Shown: positions 9,726 to 20,630 of the stretch, piece by piece | Layout: the number at the start of each line of letters is the position of its first letter | Numbering within the stretch: position 1 is the first letter of the stretch | Assembly (NCBI GenBank): GCA_965222115.1 | Contig: CBDCTJ010000003.1 | Span: forward strand, 192,001-256,000 | Reading direction: 5' to 3' | DNA: 64,000 nucleotides | Origin: Planctomycetota bacterium | GTDB taxonomy: Bacteria > Planctomycetota > PLA2 > JAEUHO01 | Notes under the pieces: model-generated | The model's database searches: none | What the model saw: only the letters and a program-made list of their open reading frames with translations | What the model was told of the DNA's origin: nothing | Made by a program: the position numbers and the translations under genes

Positions 9726-10315
9726 GGGTTCGCCTTCTCCTGCATCTGTGCAATGCGCGCTCGCAGCGCCTCGAGAAGTGCGCGTGCGTGCGGCCCCGTG
9801 CCACGCACCAATACCCGTCGGGGGTGAACAGGTGGTTCCTCCGGCAAGGAATCCTGTGCGCGAACCGCGTCGTGTTCCCCGACCACCGTCTCAAGCTCAA
9901 TCATGAGCCGATCGTCCGGCAGGGCTTCCTCAACGCGGTCACCCCATTCGACGGCAGTCAGACGTCCCGACCCACAAAGTTCTTCAAATCCAATGCCCTC
10001 AAAGTCCTCCGGACCGCCGGTTCGATAGGCATCCAGGTGGTGAAGTGTCCTCACAATGTCACCGCCGGGTAGTTCGTAGACGCGATGCAGGGTGTAGGTG
10101 GGACTCAGAACGGGCTGCGACGACGGTACGCCGAGCGCGCGGGCAAGGGCGCGCACAAAGACCGTCTTACCGCTTCCGAGATGGCCGCGCAGGTCCAGAA
10201 CCAAGCCCTGTTCGAGCGCATCTCGGTTGGTGGGATCCACGATCGAGGCCGCCAATTGCTGTGCAAAATGGCCAAGTGCGTCGGGCGTAGGTATGACGAG
10301 TGCAAGAATGTTCAT
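9722..10315 (-). CDS. tsaE: tRNA threonylcarbamoyladenosine biosynthesis ATPase TsaE
   Basis: LRGHLGSGKTVFVRALA, SPTYTL, HLDAYR, AVEWG. Confidence 0.95.
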   Translation of the reverse strand: MNILALVIPTPDALGHFAQQLAASIVDPTNRDALEQGLVLDLRGHLGSGKTVFVRALARALGVPSSQPVLSPTYTLHRVYELPGGDIVRTLHHLDAYRTGGPEDFEGIGFEELCGSGRLTAVEWGDRVEEALPDDRLMIELETVVGEHDAVRAQDSLPEEPPVHPRRVLVRGTGPHARALLEALRARIAQMQEKANP

Positions 10316-10402
10316 CGACGCGTTCAGTCTTTCGCGCGCGGGGGACAGGCCCGCACCTCAGGCGTATCGTAGACGCGAATCATCCAATCGGAGGAGGTCG
10401 TG

Positions 10403-11410
10403 ATGGCCAAGATGAGTCGTTTGTGGGCAATTGCCCTCGTCGCCATGTTTGTTTCCGCTCCTGCATACGCCGAAGACGAGACGCCCGACGTGCGCGAACA
10501 GTTGGAGCGCGCGAAGGAACAGACGCGGAAGGCCCATGAGAAACTCAAGAAGGCGCTAGACGCGCGCCGGCAGGCCGAAGAGAGTGCGCGTGCGCTCTAC
10601 GAAGTCAGTCGCGCGAGCCGCCAAAACGAACGACGGCGCGACATTCGCCGCGCCATTGCCGGCGGGCTTGAGGGCCTGCGTGCTTTGGGTGGTCACGAGC
10701 AGCTCGCCGATCGCCTTCAAGCGGTACTCGGTGAACTCTCGAAGAAGATAGAGTCCGAGGGCCGTCATTTCCGCGAGAAACACCGAAACAGCCCCGCCGT
10801 TCGCAATTTCCCCGGCGGCAAAAAGCGAGCGAAGGCGAATGCGCAGGCTGAAGCTGTCCGAGTTTTGGCATGGCGAATCGGCACGCTACGCGTCGCCATG
10901 AAAGCTTTGCTCGAAGCAAAGAAACAAGATGCCGCCGAACTCATGGAACGCGCCATTCATACAGGCGAACTCATGCTGGAAGGTCGTACCGACAACGAAG
11001 CACAAAAGGTCTTCCGTCAGACGCCCAACCTTGGACAACTGTCTGAGTTGCTCGGTGTATCAAGCAAGCTGTGGTCGAAGTGGGGCAATGCCAAGAACGC
11101 CGAAGCCACCGCCAAACTCGCCGAGTACTACCAAGATCGCTGGCAAGCCCAGAAAGCCGAGCGACGTGCAGCACGCGATGAGCGCGAAGTCGAGGATGTC
11201 GTCGAAGCAGAAGATGAAGAAGAGCGCCGACGCGTTGTGGAAGCCGAAGAGGACGAGCGGCGCCAGCGCGATCACGCGGACCGACGCGCGGCGGAAAACC
11301 GCCAGTTGCGCGCCCACGTCCACCAGCTCGCCACGCAGATCGCAGCGATGCAAGAGCGCATCAATGGCCTCACCCACAAACTGCAAAAGATCGTTAACGA
11401 GCTGAAGTAG
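10403..11410 (+). CDS. Secreted coiled-coil hypothetical protein
   Basis: GGAGGAGG RBS; signal peptide ending AYA; charged helical body. Confidence 0.7.
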   Translation: MAKMSRLWAIALVAMFVSAPAYAEDETPDVREQLERAKEQTRKAHEKLKKALDARRQAEESARALYEVSRASRQNERRRDIRRAIAGGLEGLRALGGHEQLADRLQAVLGELSKKIESEGRHFREKHRNSPAVRNFPGGKKRAKANAQAEAVRVLAWRIGTLRVAMKALLEAKKQDAAELMERAIHTGELMLEGRTDNEAQKVFRQTPNLGQLSELLGVSSKLWSKWGNAKNAEATAKLAEYYQDRWQAQKAERRAARDEREVEDVVEAEDEEERRRVVEAEEDERRQRDHADRRAAENRQLRAHVHQLATQIAAMQERINGLTHKLQKIVNELK

Positions 11411-13949
11411 CGGCCTTGCCCGCAGCCTCGCGAATGTGAGGCATTGGGTCCGATTGTGCGATGCGGGCAAGTAGCTCTCGCGTGGCATCGCCGAGTTGTG
11501 CATTTTGGGCGAGCCCGCGAACGGTCATGAGGCGCACACTGGGCACCGCATCGGCGAGCGATTTCTCTATCTGACTCGCTGCGCGCGGATCATCGGAGGA
11601 CTTGGCAAGCAGGATCGCGGCAAGTGCGCGACGATCGGACTCCTTATGCCCTGCAAGCTCAATGAGAGCGGGAATTGCCTGACGGGCCGATTCTCCACTC
11701 TCTTGCAGTACGCGCATGGCCATGGCGTACTCCCTCCACGACGGTCGAAGCGCCATGTGCGCGGCGTGCGAGATGCTCTTAGGACCAAGATGCGCCAAAG
11801 CGACGGCACATGCGTCGCCCACCGTGCCACCAAAGTGCGTCGTCGCGGCCTTCCAAAGGGATGGCACGTGATCGCTTGCAGCCGAGCCCATGCGCTTCAA
11901 TACGTTCGCAGCCATTTGAACAATCTGAGGATGCTTCGACGACAACTGGCCTGCCACGTCCTTACGAAGACCCGTCGCGTGACCTGAGCACTCGTTCAGG
12001 ATCGTGAGAGCGGTGAGCGCCTGCTGGTCACCGGCTGCCAAGTCTTCCTTGAGTCGCGGCGCCACGATTGTGACATCTTTGCCGAGCGCTTTCGCTACCG
12101 ACGGTGCAAGGGGACTGACACGAACAGCATGCCAATGCTGCGCCATCACTTTTGCGACGGATTGACTCTGTCTCGACACGACGCGTGTCAAGAGCTCAAA
12201 CGCTGGCATGCTTCGTCGACCCTTCTCCAGGAAAAGAGCCTCGACGAGTGGTGCCGAAACATCGGGTGCATGATCCGAAAGCAAAAGCACCGCCATCGCA
12301 TGGCTCGCAGGATTTGAATCCACGAACGACGCACCCGATAGCACCTCGCGCAGCGGATGCGACTCCCCGATTCGAGCAAGCCAGAATCGAGCTGCGAGCG
12401 CCGTATCGGAATCGCGGGATGTGGCCATCTTCTGCAGCCACGGACGATGCTTTTTGATTTGTTGGAGGATGGGCGCAAGCAGACGCGCGCGCTGACGCTG
12501 AAGTTCGGGCAAAGATGAGGAATCCAACGCAGGTGAACAGAGGATCAATACGTGGTTAAGGGCACGCATGCACGCGCTTCGCTTTGAGGTTTCTGCCTCG
12601 CGAGCGATCCTCAACAGGGTTTCAAATTCGCTTAGCGAAGGCAGTACACCCTTCTGAAACGGCGACACCGCCGCTTCGCGCACGAGATCCGAATCGTTCG
12701 ACAGATGGGGCAAGGTCAAGCGAAAGACAGCGTGCGCCTGTTTCTTCCTGATCGCAACGATGGCGCCCAATATCTCTAGTAAGTATGCCTTGTGAACGGG
12801 ATCGTTCGTTGCCCGAAGCTCAAGTCCTACAAGGGTGATGCCAGGCATCCCAAAGCCCGCCACAGCAGCAGCAACGCTCTCCAACACATGATCTCGTGAG
12901 CGCAGAAATGGCACTCCACGCAAGACATCCACCGCCATCTTGTCGGTTACGCGTGACAGCGTGAACCATGCCAACAATGCCTCGGATTGCTTCGCGTGGA
13001 CACGCTTGCGTAGCGCCTTACGAAGGGCATCGCTGGGTGCCGCGATGCGCGCCAACGCTTGGCAGACATTGAGCCGTACGCCTTCGTCGGCTGCATCGAG
13101 ATGGGGAAGGAGTGCCTTCGTGGCGTCGGCGTCCTCGTGGTACAGACTCGCTGCCTCGCCCTTGGGCTTGGCCAATGCATGAAGCAGTATGGCCATGTTT
13201 CGAATTTCAACGACCGACGTCGATGCCTCGAGTGTCGAACAAAGCATCTTGTTGGTTGCCGGTTCCAACGCGCGCAACGCCTCAATGCCCAAGCGTTGAA
13301 CCTCCAAGTTGTCGGTCTTCATGATGTGCTGGACAATGGAATGAACCGCACCCGATGCTCGATCCTTCATTGCGCCGAGTTGTTCGATTGCGTGACGAAC
13401 GAATCGTTCGGGCGTTCCATTGGATTCGAGCACTGCGCTGTACACGATCGCCGGTTCTTTGCTAGTCTTGTCGTGGGCAAGAACGACATCGGCGGCAGCA
13501 AGGCGCGTGAGCAGGTCGTTGCTCTCTCCGAGCAATCGCGCAACCCGTCCAGCCTGCGGCGGCTCAAGATAGGGCGCCTTTGCAAGGGCCATCAGGGATA
13601 TCGCGCGCTCGCTTCCCTTCTTTGACTCAATGAACGCAAGCAGTTCGTCAACGCCCTTGCCTCCAATGGCGGATAGCGCTAGATACACGTTGACGTGAAG
13701 ATCGCTTCGCGTTGATTTGAGCAACGTAGTCAGCGAATGCACTGCCACGGGTGCGTCGGGGCCCAACTGCTTTATAGCGTCGAGCGCCTTCCCGACCGTG
13801 GCGTCGTCCTTGGAATGCAACTCCGCAATCCATGTTGAAGCACGCTTGCCCATCATCCATGCTTCCGGCGCGTCTTTGCATGACGTCAGCATGCAAGCTA
13901 GTGCCACGACAAAGCACAGCCACTTTGCAAAGCGATTGGGGAAACACAT
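11394..13949 (-). CDS. HEAT/PBS-repeat lipoprotein
   Basis: Probable start MCFPNRF with lipobox LTSC; many HEAT-like repeats (VRLNVCQALARI, VREAAV, AIPALIEL). Confidence 0.75.
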   Translation of the reverse strand: MCFPNRFAKWLCFVVALACMLTSCKDAPEAWMMGKRASTWIAELHSKDDATVGKALDAIKQLGPDAPVAVHSLTTLLKSTRSDLHVNVYLALSAIGGKGVDELLAFIESKKGSERAISLMALAKAPYLEPPQAGRVARLLGESNDLLTRLAAADVVLAHDKTSKEPAIVYSAVLESNGTPERFVRHAIEQLGAMKDRASGAVHSIVQHIMKTDNLEVQRLGIEALRALEPATNKMLCSTLEASTSVVEIRNMAILLHALAKPKGEAASLYHEDADATKALLPHLDAADEGVRLNVCQALARIAAPSDALRKALRKRVHAKQSEALLAWFTLSRVTDKMAVDVLRGVPFLRSRDHVLESVAAAVAGFGMPGITLVGLELRATNDPVHKAYLLEILGAIVAIRKKQAHAVFRLTLPHLSNDSDLVREAAVSPFQKGVLPSLSEFETLLRIAREAETSKRSACMRALNHVLILCSPALDSSSLPELQRQRARLLAPILQQIKKHRPWLQKMATSRDSDTALAARFWLARIGESHPLREVLSGASFVDSNPASHAMAVLLLSDHAPDVSAPLVEALFLEKGRRSMPAFELLTRVVSRQSQSVAKVMAQHWHAVRVSPLAPSVAKALGKDVTIVAPRLKEDLAAGDQQALTALTILNECSGHATGLRKDVAGQLSSKHPQIVQMAANVLKRMGSAASDHVPSLWKAATTHFGGTVGDACAVALAHLGPKSISHAAHMALRPSWREYAMAMRVLQESGESARQAIPALIELAGHKESDRRALAAILLAKSSDDPRAASQIEKSLADAVPSVRLMTVRGLAQNAQLGDATRELLARIAQSDPMPHIREAAGKAATSAR

Positions 13950-14468
13950 CCGCACTCTTGTACCAGCCGCCACCTTGCGTGTGCTAGGAAGTTGCACAAT
14001 TTGCTCCCGGTGCAAATTGTGGACCCTTGCAGTCGATCTCACGCAGAGGCGCCACGATGCAGAGGCGCGGGGGCGCAAGCGTTGAGGATCGTAGCTGGTA
14101 AATGTGCTGGCGTGCCGTACGCGGGACGGGCCTTGAAGATGAAAATTCTCACCAAGGAAAGGCGAAGGTCACCAAGCGCGACCGAAGATTGAAACGATTG
14201 CCGGCTTTGGGTCGTTTGCATCTCAATCACAAGAATGAGTCTCTTCAATACGCGGCGGGGCCGGGCGAATCCTAGTCATCGGCTAACGACACGGATGCTC
14301 GCTGCGCCTCTCCCACTCGGCGTCTCTGCGTAAGGTCACCCACGTGCGACGAACAAGAATTCGCTTCGAGTCCGAACGGCGTCCACTTCGATGGGCTACG
14401 CGCTCAACATTTGCTCCCGGCACAAATTGTGAAGTTGCGCAAACGCTCCCGGTGCGAAACCTAGGGGG

Positions 14469-17400
14469 TCACCGCAGATCGATCACGCGCTCCACATCGT
14501 TCACGCCGTCGAATTCAATCACTTCGTCGATTCGTGCATTGGAGCTACCGTACGACATGCCGTTTACGCGGAAACTCCCCTTGCAGATTCCTCGAATCGT
14601 GAGCGTACCGGCGCCATCAGCACGCCGGCTATACGTTGGACCCCGCTGGGCAGTTGCAAAGATGTGCATGCGTGGGGGTGACTGACCATCTTTTACTTTC
14701 ACGATGAGCCGAAAGGTCGATCCTGGATTCGTGGCGACCGTTCCCAAATCAATCGATTCGTTGGTAAGCGTCACCTTTGGCATAACCAGGGGCGCCTTAT
14801 TTGGCACATCGACCCAGAGCGTGTACGTACCTGGTTTATAGCCACCAAGCGTCAATGTGTCATGGGCCCCATTGAGCATGACATGGATCGGAGCCTTTTC
14901 TTCGGCACGCATGGCGTCACGATAGAGGTACGCCGTCAGCCGGCGTGCGCTTCCGGGATTCATGGAAATCTGCGGCGGTGGATCCAGTGTGACGGTTGCC
15001 GTTGGCCCTTGAATGGCATACAGTTCTATGCCTTCGATCGGTCCGTCAACTGTTGCAAAGCCCTTGGTTGGATGGGGTAAGCACGTCGGGTGGTAAAGCC
15101 GAATTCTCTTGGGCTGACCCGCGACGGTTCGAAACCAAAATGTTCCATCCGTTCGATCGACGGGCTTGCCAACGGTACCCGGCCCCATTCCATACATGGC
15201 AAAGCCGCTGGGGCGTTCGCCCTCCGCCCCCACAGAAAACCCTACATACGAAACGCCGTCGGGGGGGACAACCTTCCCCTTAGCCCAGCCGGCACCCGAG
15301 AGATCGAGGGCAACACTTGCCGTGGGACTCGACGGCCCCACGTCGAAGGAGACAGTTGCCAAGCCGGACGTGGCGTCAACCGCTCGATAGCGCCCTGGGG
15401 CCAATCCTCCAAACGTCACAACGCCATTTGCGTCGGCGCGATCAGCCCCCGTACTCATATGAGCCAATGGACTTGGCTGCCACGACTTTTTGTCTGCGTC
15501 CCACGCTTGGTAGTAGACGCGGTGCCGGCCGTCTTTGGGCAACGTTACGTTGACCAGAACCTTGTAGGTGCGGCGCAGCGCAACCGGCACAGGAATGGGA
15601 TCCGGCAGGCTGAGGTCAGCAGAAACGGGTTTCTCTACTCGATAGCCTCCCATGCGAATCGGCAACGACGCAATGCCGGTTTCGGTGAGTGGAGCAAATA
15701 CGACGTCGCACACGCCCTGAGCATCGGGCTTGAGTGAGACGTTCGTTTCTCCCCAGACGACGTCTTGGTTAAATCCCTTGGGAGGCGGTGCACCATCTAC
15801 TGTAATCGTCACTCGCAACGTGCGCTCGCGCGGAAACGTATGCTCGAACCTCCCGTCACCGTTGCTTAGATCCACAGCGCCCAAGGCGGCCCTAGCAAAG
15901 GGTGTGTTTGTCCGCGAGACGAAACAGTTGACACGCCATCCAGGAGTAGAGTAGAGATCGCGAAGGACGGCGTACCCATCATCGTTGGTCTCTGCTGGAC
16001 TTTGTATCAGGTTGTTCCCGGGCCCCCGCGCCGACAGCCAAACGCCGATTGCCGGGGATCCGTCGGGCTCCTTCGCGAACAGTTCGATCTTTCGCAAGGG
16101 GTAAAACGCGGCAGGTGAACCCACGTCACTATCGCGTTTTGCATGGAGTCGCGCCGCGCCAACGCCATCTGCGTAGGCAATCGCCGATGCGTATCCGGGC
16201 CCCCACCCTTCCACCACGATGTGACCATCTTCTACGCGCCCTGTGGAGGGAATGTTATTCAGCCCGCTATTTGCGAACGGCTTGAGCACGATGGTCGCAC
16301 CTTCCGTCGGCACACCATGCCCCTTGTCCTCCATGGGCCAACGAATCGTACGTGGGAGCGGAAGCTCGACGACGCATGTCGTCTCTCCCGGCTTGGCTTG
16401 GGAGACGCCCGGCCCGACGCTGGCACGGCTGCTCCTTCCGAATCGAACCGGATAGCCGTCCGCTTCAGCGCGCACGTTGAGGTGATCGTCTGGAGCCAAC
16501 CCCGATACCAGGCATTGCCCGCGTTCATCGGTCACAAGCTGACTCGGTGACGTGAAGAGAGGCGTTTCGCGCCGTATTCCTCGATCGCGACTCGTTATGC
16601 CTACGTAGACGTTTGCCCCGGGGACAGGCTTTTCGGTCGTCGCTTCCCGCACAAGCACTGTTACGGATCGTTCTCTAGGAACCACAATGTTTATTGGCGC
16701 CCGCGCTTTGCGAGGAACGGCAATGTCCACCCTTCCCTGACCGCATCCGGGAGCACTTGCAACGATGAGCCAATGCCCTTGCGGAACGCGTTCCAGACGC
16801 AAAGACCCGTCCTTATCTGTCTTTCGCGTCCGGCGGACGGTGTACTGCCCAAAAAGACTGTGCACCAGATGGACCGTGGCGGGAATGCCACCGTCACAGT
16901 CACTTGTCACCTCCAGTTGAAGGCTCTGCGGGTGTACAACTACTATCGGCTGCACCTTCAGGTCGCCTGTCCGAACTCGCGTATCCGTGCGGGAAACTTG
17001 AGGAAGGAACAGCGTCGTCAGACCCATCCGCCCATCCGCCGTCGTAGCGAGGACCTGCGTTGGGATTCGCCGCTCCCACATCGCAGGAAGTGCAAAGCTG
17101 ATTTCATAGGAACCTTCGGTCCCTGTGGTTGCGGTCCCCAACGTGTTTCCGTCGTATTGAATCTCGACGGACGCGCCTTCGACTACGTTTCTCTCAGAGT
17201 CTTCGACTCGCCCCACGACCCGAATCGAGGCTTGGTCATCTGTCTTCGGACTCTGACGAACCGATGGATCACCGCGTAGAGCTACTGCAGTGTCATCGTC
17301 AGCTTCTTGCGCCAACATCGGTGCGTTCGTCTCGGACTCTTTGGTGTCGACGGTATTCGACTCAACGGGCATGTACTGAGTCGAAGTAAAGAGCATCTGG

Positions 17401-17480
17401 TTCGAGAGAACGTATGCACCAACACCCACCGCCACAAAGACCAGTGCCAACACCCACCCCCGCAACGACATGCGAATCAC
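14469..17480 (-). CDS. Membrane-anchored carboxypeptidase-regulatory-like repeat protein; paralog of the C-terminal extension of the ECF at 58569-61638
   Basis: N-terminal TM; VGRVEDSERNVVEGASV, TDERGQCLVSGL, GLAPGRYRAVD. Confidence 0.75.
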   Translation of the reverse strand: MIRMSLRGWVLALVFVAVGVGAYVLSNQMLFTSTQYMPVESNTVDTKESETNAPMLAQEADDDTAVALRGDPSVRQSPKTDDQASIRVVGRVEDSERNVVEGASVEIQYDGNTLGTATTGTEGSYEISFALPAMWERRIPTQVLATTADGRMGLTTLFLPQVSRTDTRVRTGDLKVQPIVVVHPQSLQLEVTSDCDGGIPATVHLVHSLFGQYTVRRTRKTDKDGSLRLERVPQGHWLIVASAPGCGQGRVDIAVPRKARAPINIVVPRERSVTVLVREATTEKPVPGANVYVGITSRDRGIRRETPLFTSPSQLVTDERGQCLVSGLAPDDHLNVRAEADGYPVRFGRSSRASVGPGVSQAKPGETTCVVELPLPRTIRWPMEDKGHGVPTEGATIVLKPFANSGLNNIPSTGRVEDGHIVVEGWGPGYASAIAYADGVGAARLHAKRDSDVGSPAAFYPLRKIELFAKEPDGSPAIGVWLSARGPGNNLIQSPAETNDDGYAVLRDLYSTPGWRVNCFVSRTNTPFARAALGAVDLSNGDGRFEHTFPRERTLRVTITVDGAPPPKGFNQDVVWGETNVSLKPDAQGVCDVVFAPLTETGIASLPIRMGGYRVEKPVSADLSLPDPIPVPVALRRTYKVLVNVTLPKDGRHRVYYQAWDADKKSWQPSPLAHMSTGADRADANGVVTFGGLAPGRYRAVDATSGLATVSFDVGPSSPTASVALDLSGAGWAKGKVVPPDGVSYVGFSVGAEGERPSGFAMYGMGPGTVGKPVDRTDGTFWFRTVAGQPKRIRLYHPTCLPHPTKGFATVDGPIEGIELYAIQGPTATVTLDPPPQISMNPGSARRLTAYLYRDAMRAEEKAPIHVMLNGAHDTLTLGGYKPGTYTLWVDVPNKAPLVMPKVTLTNESIDLGTVATNPGSTFRLIVKVKDGQSPPRMHIFATAQRGPTYSRRADGAGTLTIRGICKGSFRVNGMSYGSSNARIDEVIEFDGVNDVERVIDLR

Positions 17481-17618
17481 TCCTCTCGAACCGTGTACAC
17501 CTCGCGCGACGCGGCGACAATGAAAGACGCACGCGCGAAGAAGTCCATCGTATCACGTTCGACGCCACGAATCCTGCGCATACTGTGATGTTGCGAATAC
17601 GCTCCCGGTGCAAATCGT

Positions 17619-20183
17619 CTACTTGCGACCCTCTTTGGCGCGAATCAACTGACGAAGTCTTGCGCGACTGCGCATAAGCCTTTCGGAGCCAGGATCGCCC
17701 GGTGGGAGCGCATCCAACTGAGACTCAACGGTCGATAGCGACCGACGGACATGCGCAAGGTCGACTTGCTTGAGGATCTCTTCATTAGCAGGTGCGCCTT
17801 CCCACAAGCGGCCGGCGGCAGCACTGCCGCTGGCTACGGCATCCATGGTGCGACCGGCGACCCACTTGGTAAACGACGAGAGGGTGTACCCCTCCATGCC
17901 TTTCTGGCCAAATCCAACACTGGCAGTCGTGAAGAGAATCTGTGATCCGGCCTCCGCTGCAAGCGTCACGGGAAACCCTGCGATTGCAAAGTCGATGGCA
18001 AGATTCACGGCACTACGACCTACTGCTTCGCTTGTCGCCATGCCATTCGCCTTGTTCTGAATGACTTCGGACGTCGATGCCGCAAGCGAAAGGAGCAGTA
18101 GACGACGGTCCCACTTGCTCATGTTCTGAAAACCTGCCTTTGCCTTGCTGGCCTTGGATCGAAACTGCGCACTCCACGTCTTTCCAAATTCCTTCACGGC
18201 GGCCGCGGTCATTGCACGATGCGTGGATGCGAGTGCAGCTGGCACGCTCTTTACGCGACCTAAAATCGACTTCAGACTAGGCAACGCAATGGAACGGCCT
18301 AGCGCAGCCAAGGTACGCAACGCCTCAATGCGTCGGCGGATGGCTTGAGCTTCGCGCGAGCCCGCGCCCATCTCATCAAGCGTTTCGATGAGCGTACCCA
18401 GATTCTTGTCTTCTAAGATGCCCGACCGAAAGACATCTTCCATCTTCTTGAAGAGGGAGGTGCGCAGCAGCCGCATGTTCTTGTAAAAGTCGTCTGCTTT
18501 CGCATCGAGCCGTTCAAACGCGTCGAGGAACCGTCGGATCGTCTCCGACGCCTCCATCAATTTGCGAACCTCCGCTGCTCGCGCACCTTTGAATGCCTCA
18601 ATCGTTTCTTTGGCGTCAGGCAAACCCTGCGCCCAATCAGCCATATCCTTCAACCACGTTGTGAAATCCGCCGCTCGCAAGGCGAGTCCGGGATCTTTCA
18701 TTTCCGTATCCCGAAGTGCATGTTTCCAGGCATCGCGGGGGTCACCATGTACGCCGCTACTCTTGGAAACGTAAATCTTGTCTCCATACTCATCGAGACG
18801 ACGCTGAGTCTCTTCCTTGGATTCGCCGGAGTGCCCCAACTTTCGAATATGCCGCACAACGATGTCCCGCGGCAATTCACCACTCGTCGTTTTCCCTCCA
18901 CATGGAGTTTCGGCCAACGCGCGCTTGAGTCGGGTGTTGATGTCACGACGCCGATTCTTGATGTCGGCCTTGAAGACGCGCTCGTGTTCTTTGAGTACGT
19001 CTTGGAGGTGCTCAACTTCGCCGCGACGCGCGAAAACCCACTGCCGTACTGCCTTCTGCCAATGACCGTACATTGCAGCCCAATGGGCCTTTGCCTTTGC
19101 ATCTTTGGCCTTGGACTGTGCGTCCTTGCACGCCTGACCCGTCAGGCTCCCCGGTCGCTCCTTAACAAATACCCGTGCGTGGTCGCCCTGCGATTGAAAG
19201 TCCGTAATCTTCTTTTCAATCGCCGCAATGGCATCCTTGATCCAGCCATTTGTGACGGAGGCGCGTCGCTCTGGATTGAATGCACGGTATGACGCTTTTC
19301 TCCATGCGGCGATGCGTTCCTCGATCGCTCGATTCGCGTCGGCGATCATTTTCAGGACGCCGTTTCGATCGGTGGTAGTCCGAATCGTTGGGACAAAGAG
19401 CCTATACGTGCCGGCACTGATGCGGGTACGAGCATCGGCCAGGGCATCTTTCCGCTTGCGGAGCATTTGATCAATACCGTCACCAGTGAGAGAAACTCTC
19501 ACGGGCTTCAGAAAATACGCGTTCTTACGAGCGTCCGCGTCCGCCAACTTTTGCTCTTCCTTCGCAATCGCTTCGAGAGCGCTCTTCCAGGAAATCGATC
19601 TCCGGATGTTCCTATTGAACACAAGCACTGTTCCCGCAGCATGTGCCGCCATACGATCTGATTTGGCCGCCTCAGTCTTGCGGATGTAGGTTCGCCAAGC
19701 ATTGATGCTATGGGACTGACGGAGTTCCTTCTTGTAGCCCGACGCATCTCCAGATGCGAGCGACCGCTCAAGTGTCTTCGCGCTCCTCTCAACTTGCTTT
19801 GCCTGATTGGCGAGGTTCTTTGAACGAAGCTCGGCCGCGCGCTTTTTGCGCTCCGCGATCTGTTTCTTGCTGCGCGACGTGATCTCCTGGATTGCTTCAT
19901 GGGCCCACTTGAGTCTATTCTGATAGTTCTCAAGCTCTCGCTTCTTCAGCGCTTCGAGCAACGCCTTTGTGCTCGCGATGCGTTTGATGTAGTCACGAAT
20001 GTCCTCCTTTCTCTTCTTGTTTTGTTGCTTATAGGCCTCGAGCGCTTCTTCCGCTCGCTTGACCGAATCTAGGTACGGCGTGAGTACCCGCGCTGCGGTT
20101 TCAGAACAGGTGGTGGGCTTGAAGTCCTTCGCCAGTGCGGGAACGCAGAGCACAAGTATCAAGCAGGACGCAATTGTTTTCAT
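17619..20183 (-). CDS. Secreted long helical hypothetical protein with ~35-40 aa internal repeats
   Basis: Start MKTIASCLILVLCVPALA (signal peptide); K/R/A/E-rich coiled coil; hydrophobic C-terminal segment. Confidence 0.7.
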   Translation of the reverse strand: MKTIASCLILVLCVPALAKDFKPTTCSETAARVLTPYLDSVKRAEEALEAYKQQNKKRKEDIRDYIKRIASTKALLEALKKRELENYQNRLKWAHEAIQEITSRSKKQIAERKKRAAELRSKNLANQAKQVERSAKTLERSLASGDASGYKKELRQSHSINAWRTYIRKTEAAKSDRMAAHAAGTVLVFNRNIRRSISWKSALEAIAKEEQKLADADARKNAYFLKPVRVSLTGDGIDQMLRKRKDALADARTRISAGTYRLFVPTIRTTTDRNGVLKMIADANRAIEERIAAWRKASYRAFNPERRASVTNGWIKDAIAAIEKKITDFQSQGDHARVFVKERPGSLTGQACKDAQSKAKDAKAKAHWAAMYGHWQKAVRQWVFARRGEVEHLQDVLKEHERVFKADIKNRRRDINTRLKRALAETPCGGKTTSGELPRDIVVRHIRKLGHSGESKEETQRRLDEYGDKIYVSKSSGVHGDPRDAWKHALRDTEMKDPGLALRAADFTTWLKDMADWAQGLPDAKETIEAFKGARAAEVRKLMEASETIRRFLDAFERLDAKADDFYKNMRLLRTSLFKKMEDVFRSGILEDKNLGTLIETLDEMGAGSREAQAIRRRIEALRTLAALGRSIALPSLKSILGRVKSVPAALASTHRAMTAAAVKEFGKTWSAQFRSKASKAKAGFQNMSKWDRRLLLLSLAASTSEVIQNKANGMATSEAVGRSAVNLAIDFAIAGFPVTLAAEAGSQILFTTASVGFGQKGMEGYTLSSFTKWVAGRTMDAVASGSAAAGRLWEGAPANEEILKQVDLAHVRRSLSTVESQLDALPPGDPGSERLMRSRARLRQLIRAKEGRK

Positions 20184-20232
20184 GGAACGACCCTTCACAG
20201 CCTGGACGTAACGATTGGATATGTAAACTTGA

Positions 20233-20460
20233 CTACGCACTCATGATCAACGTGTGACCGCCTGCGAATCGCGACGCGGGAACGAGCAAACGCTGCATGG
20301 AATCGGGAAGCGGTGCGCGATCGAGAACACTGAGTGCTTCATCGCCAACAATCTTGATCTGTGCTGCTGGAGCATCGCTGGACGTGCTGGCTGGGGAAGC
20401 GACGGAGGTAGTAGCAAAGTTCGAAAGGGCGATCAGGGTGCAGATGACGATGCGCTTCAT
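20233..20460 (-). CDS. Small putative secreted protein or gene remnant (75 aa)
   Basis: GGGAG before ATG; MKRIVICTLIALSNFATTSVA resembles a signal peptide. Confidence 0.35.
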   Translation of the reverse strand: MKRIVICTLIALSNFATTSVASPASTSSDAPAAQIKIVGDEALSVLDRAPLPDSMQRLLVPASRFAGGHTLIMSA

Positions 20461-20630
20461 GGTGTGACTCCCGCGGACTGCGATAGGCGTCCGATTCACG
20501 GGCATGTACGGATCGCTGGCCCTGCATCGCAGCGAATCACGATTTTTCGGTGATTTGGCTCGTGCCATGCGCCGTCAACGCTGAACCCTCCTAGATCAAG
20601 CACGTTGAAACCCCCATTGGAGGCGGTTTC

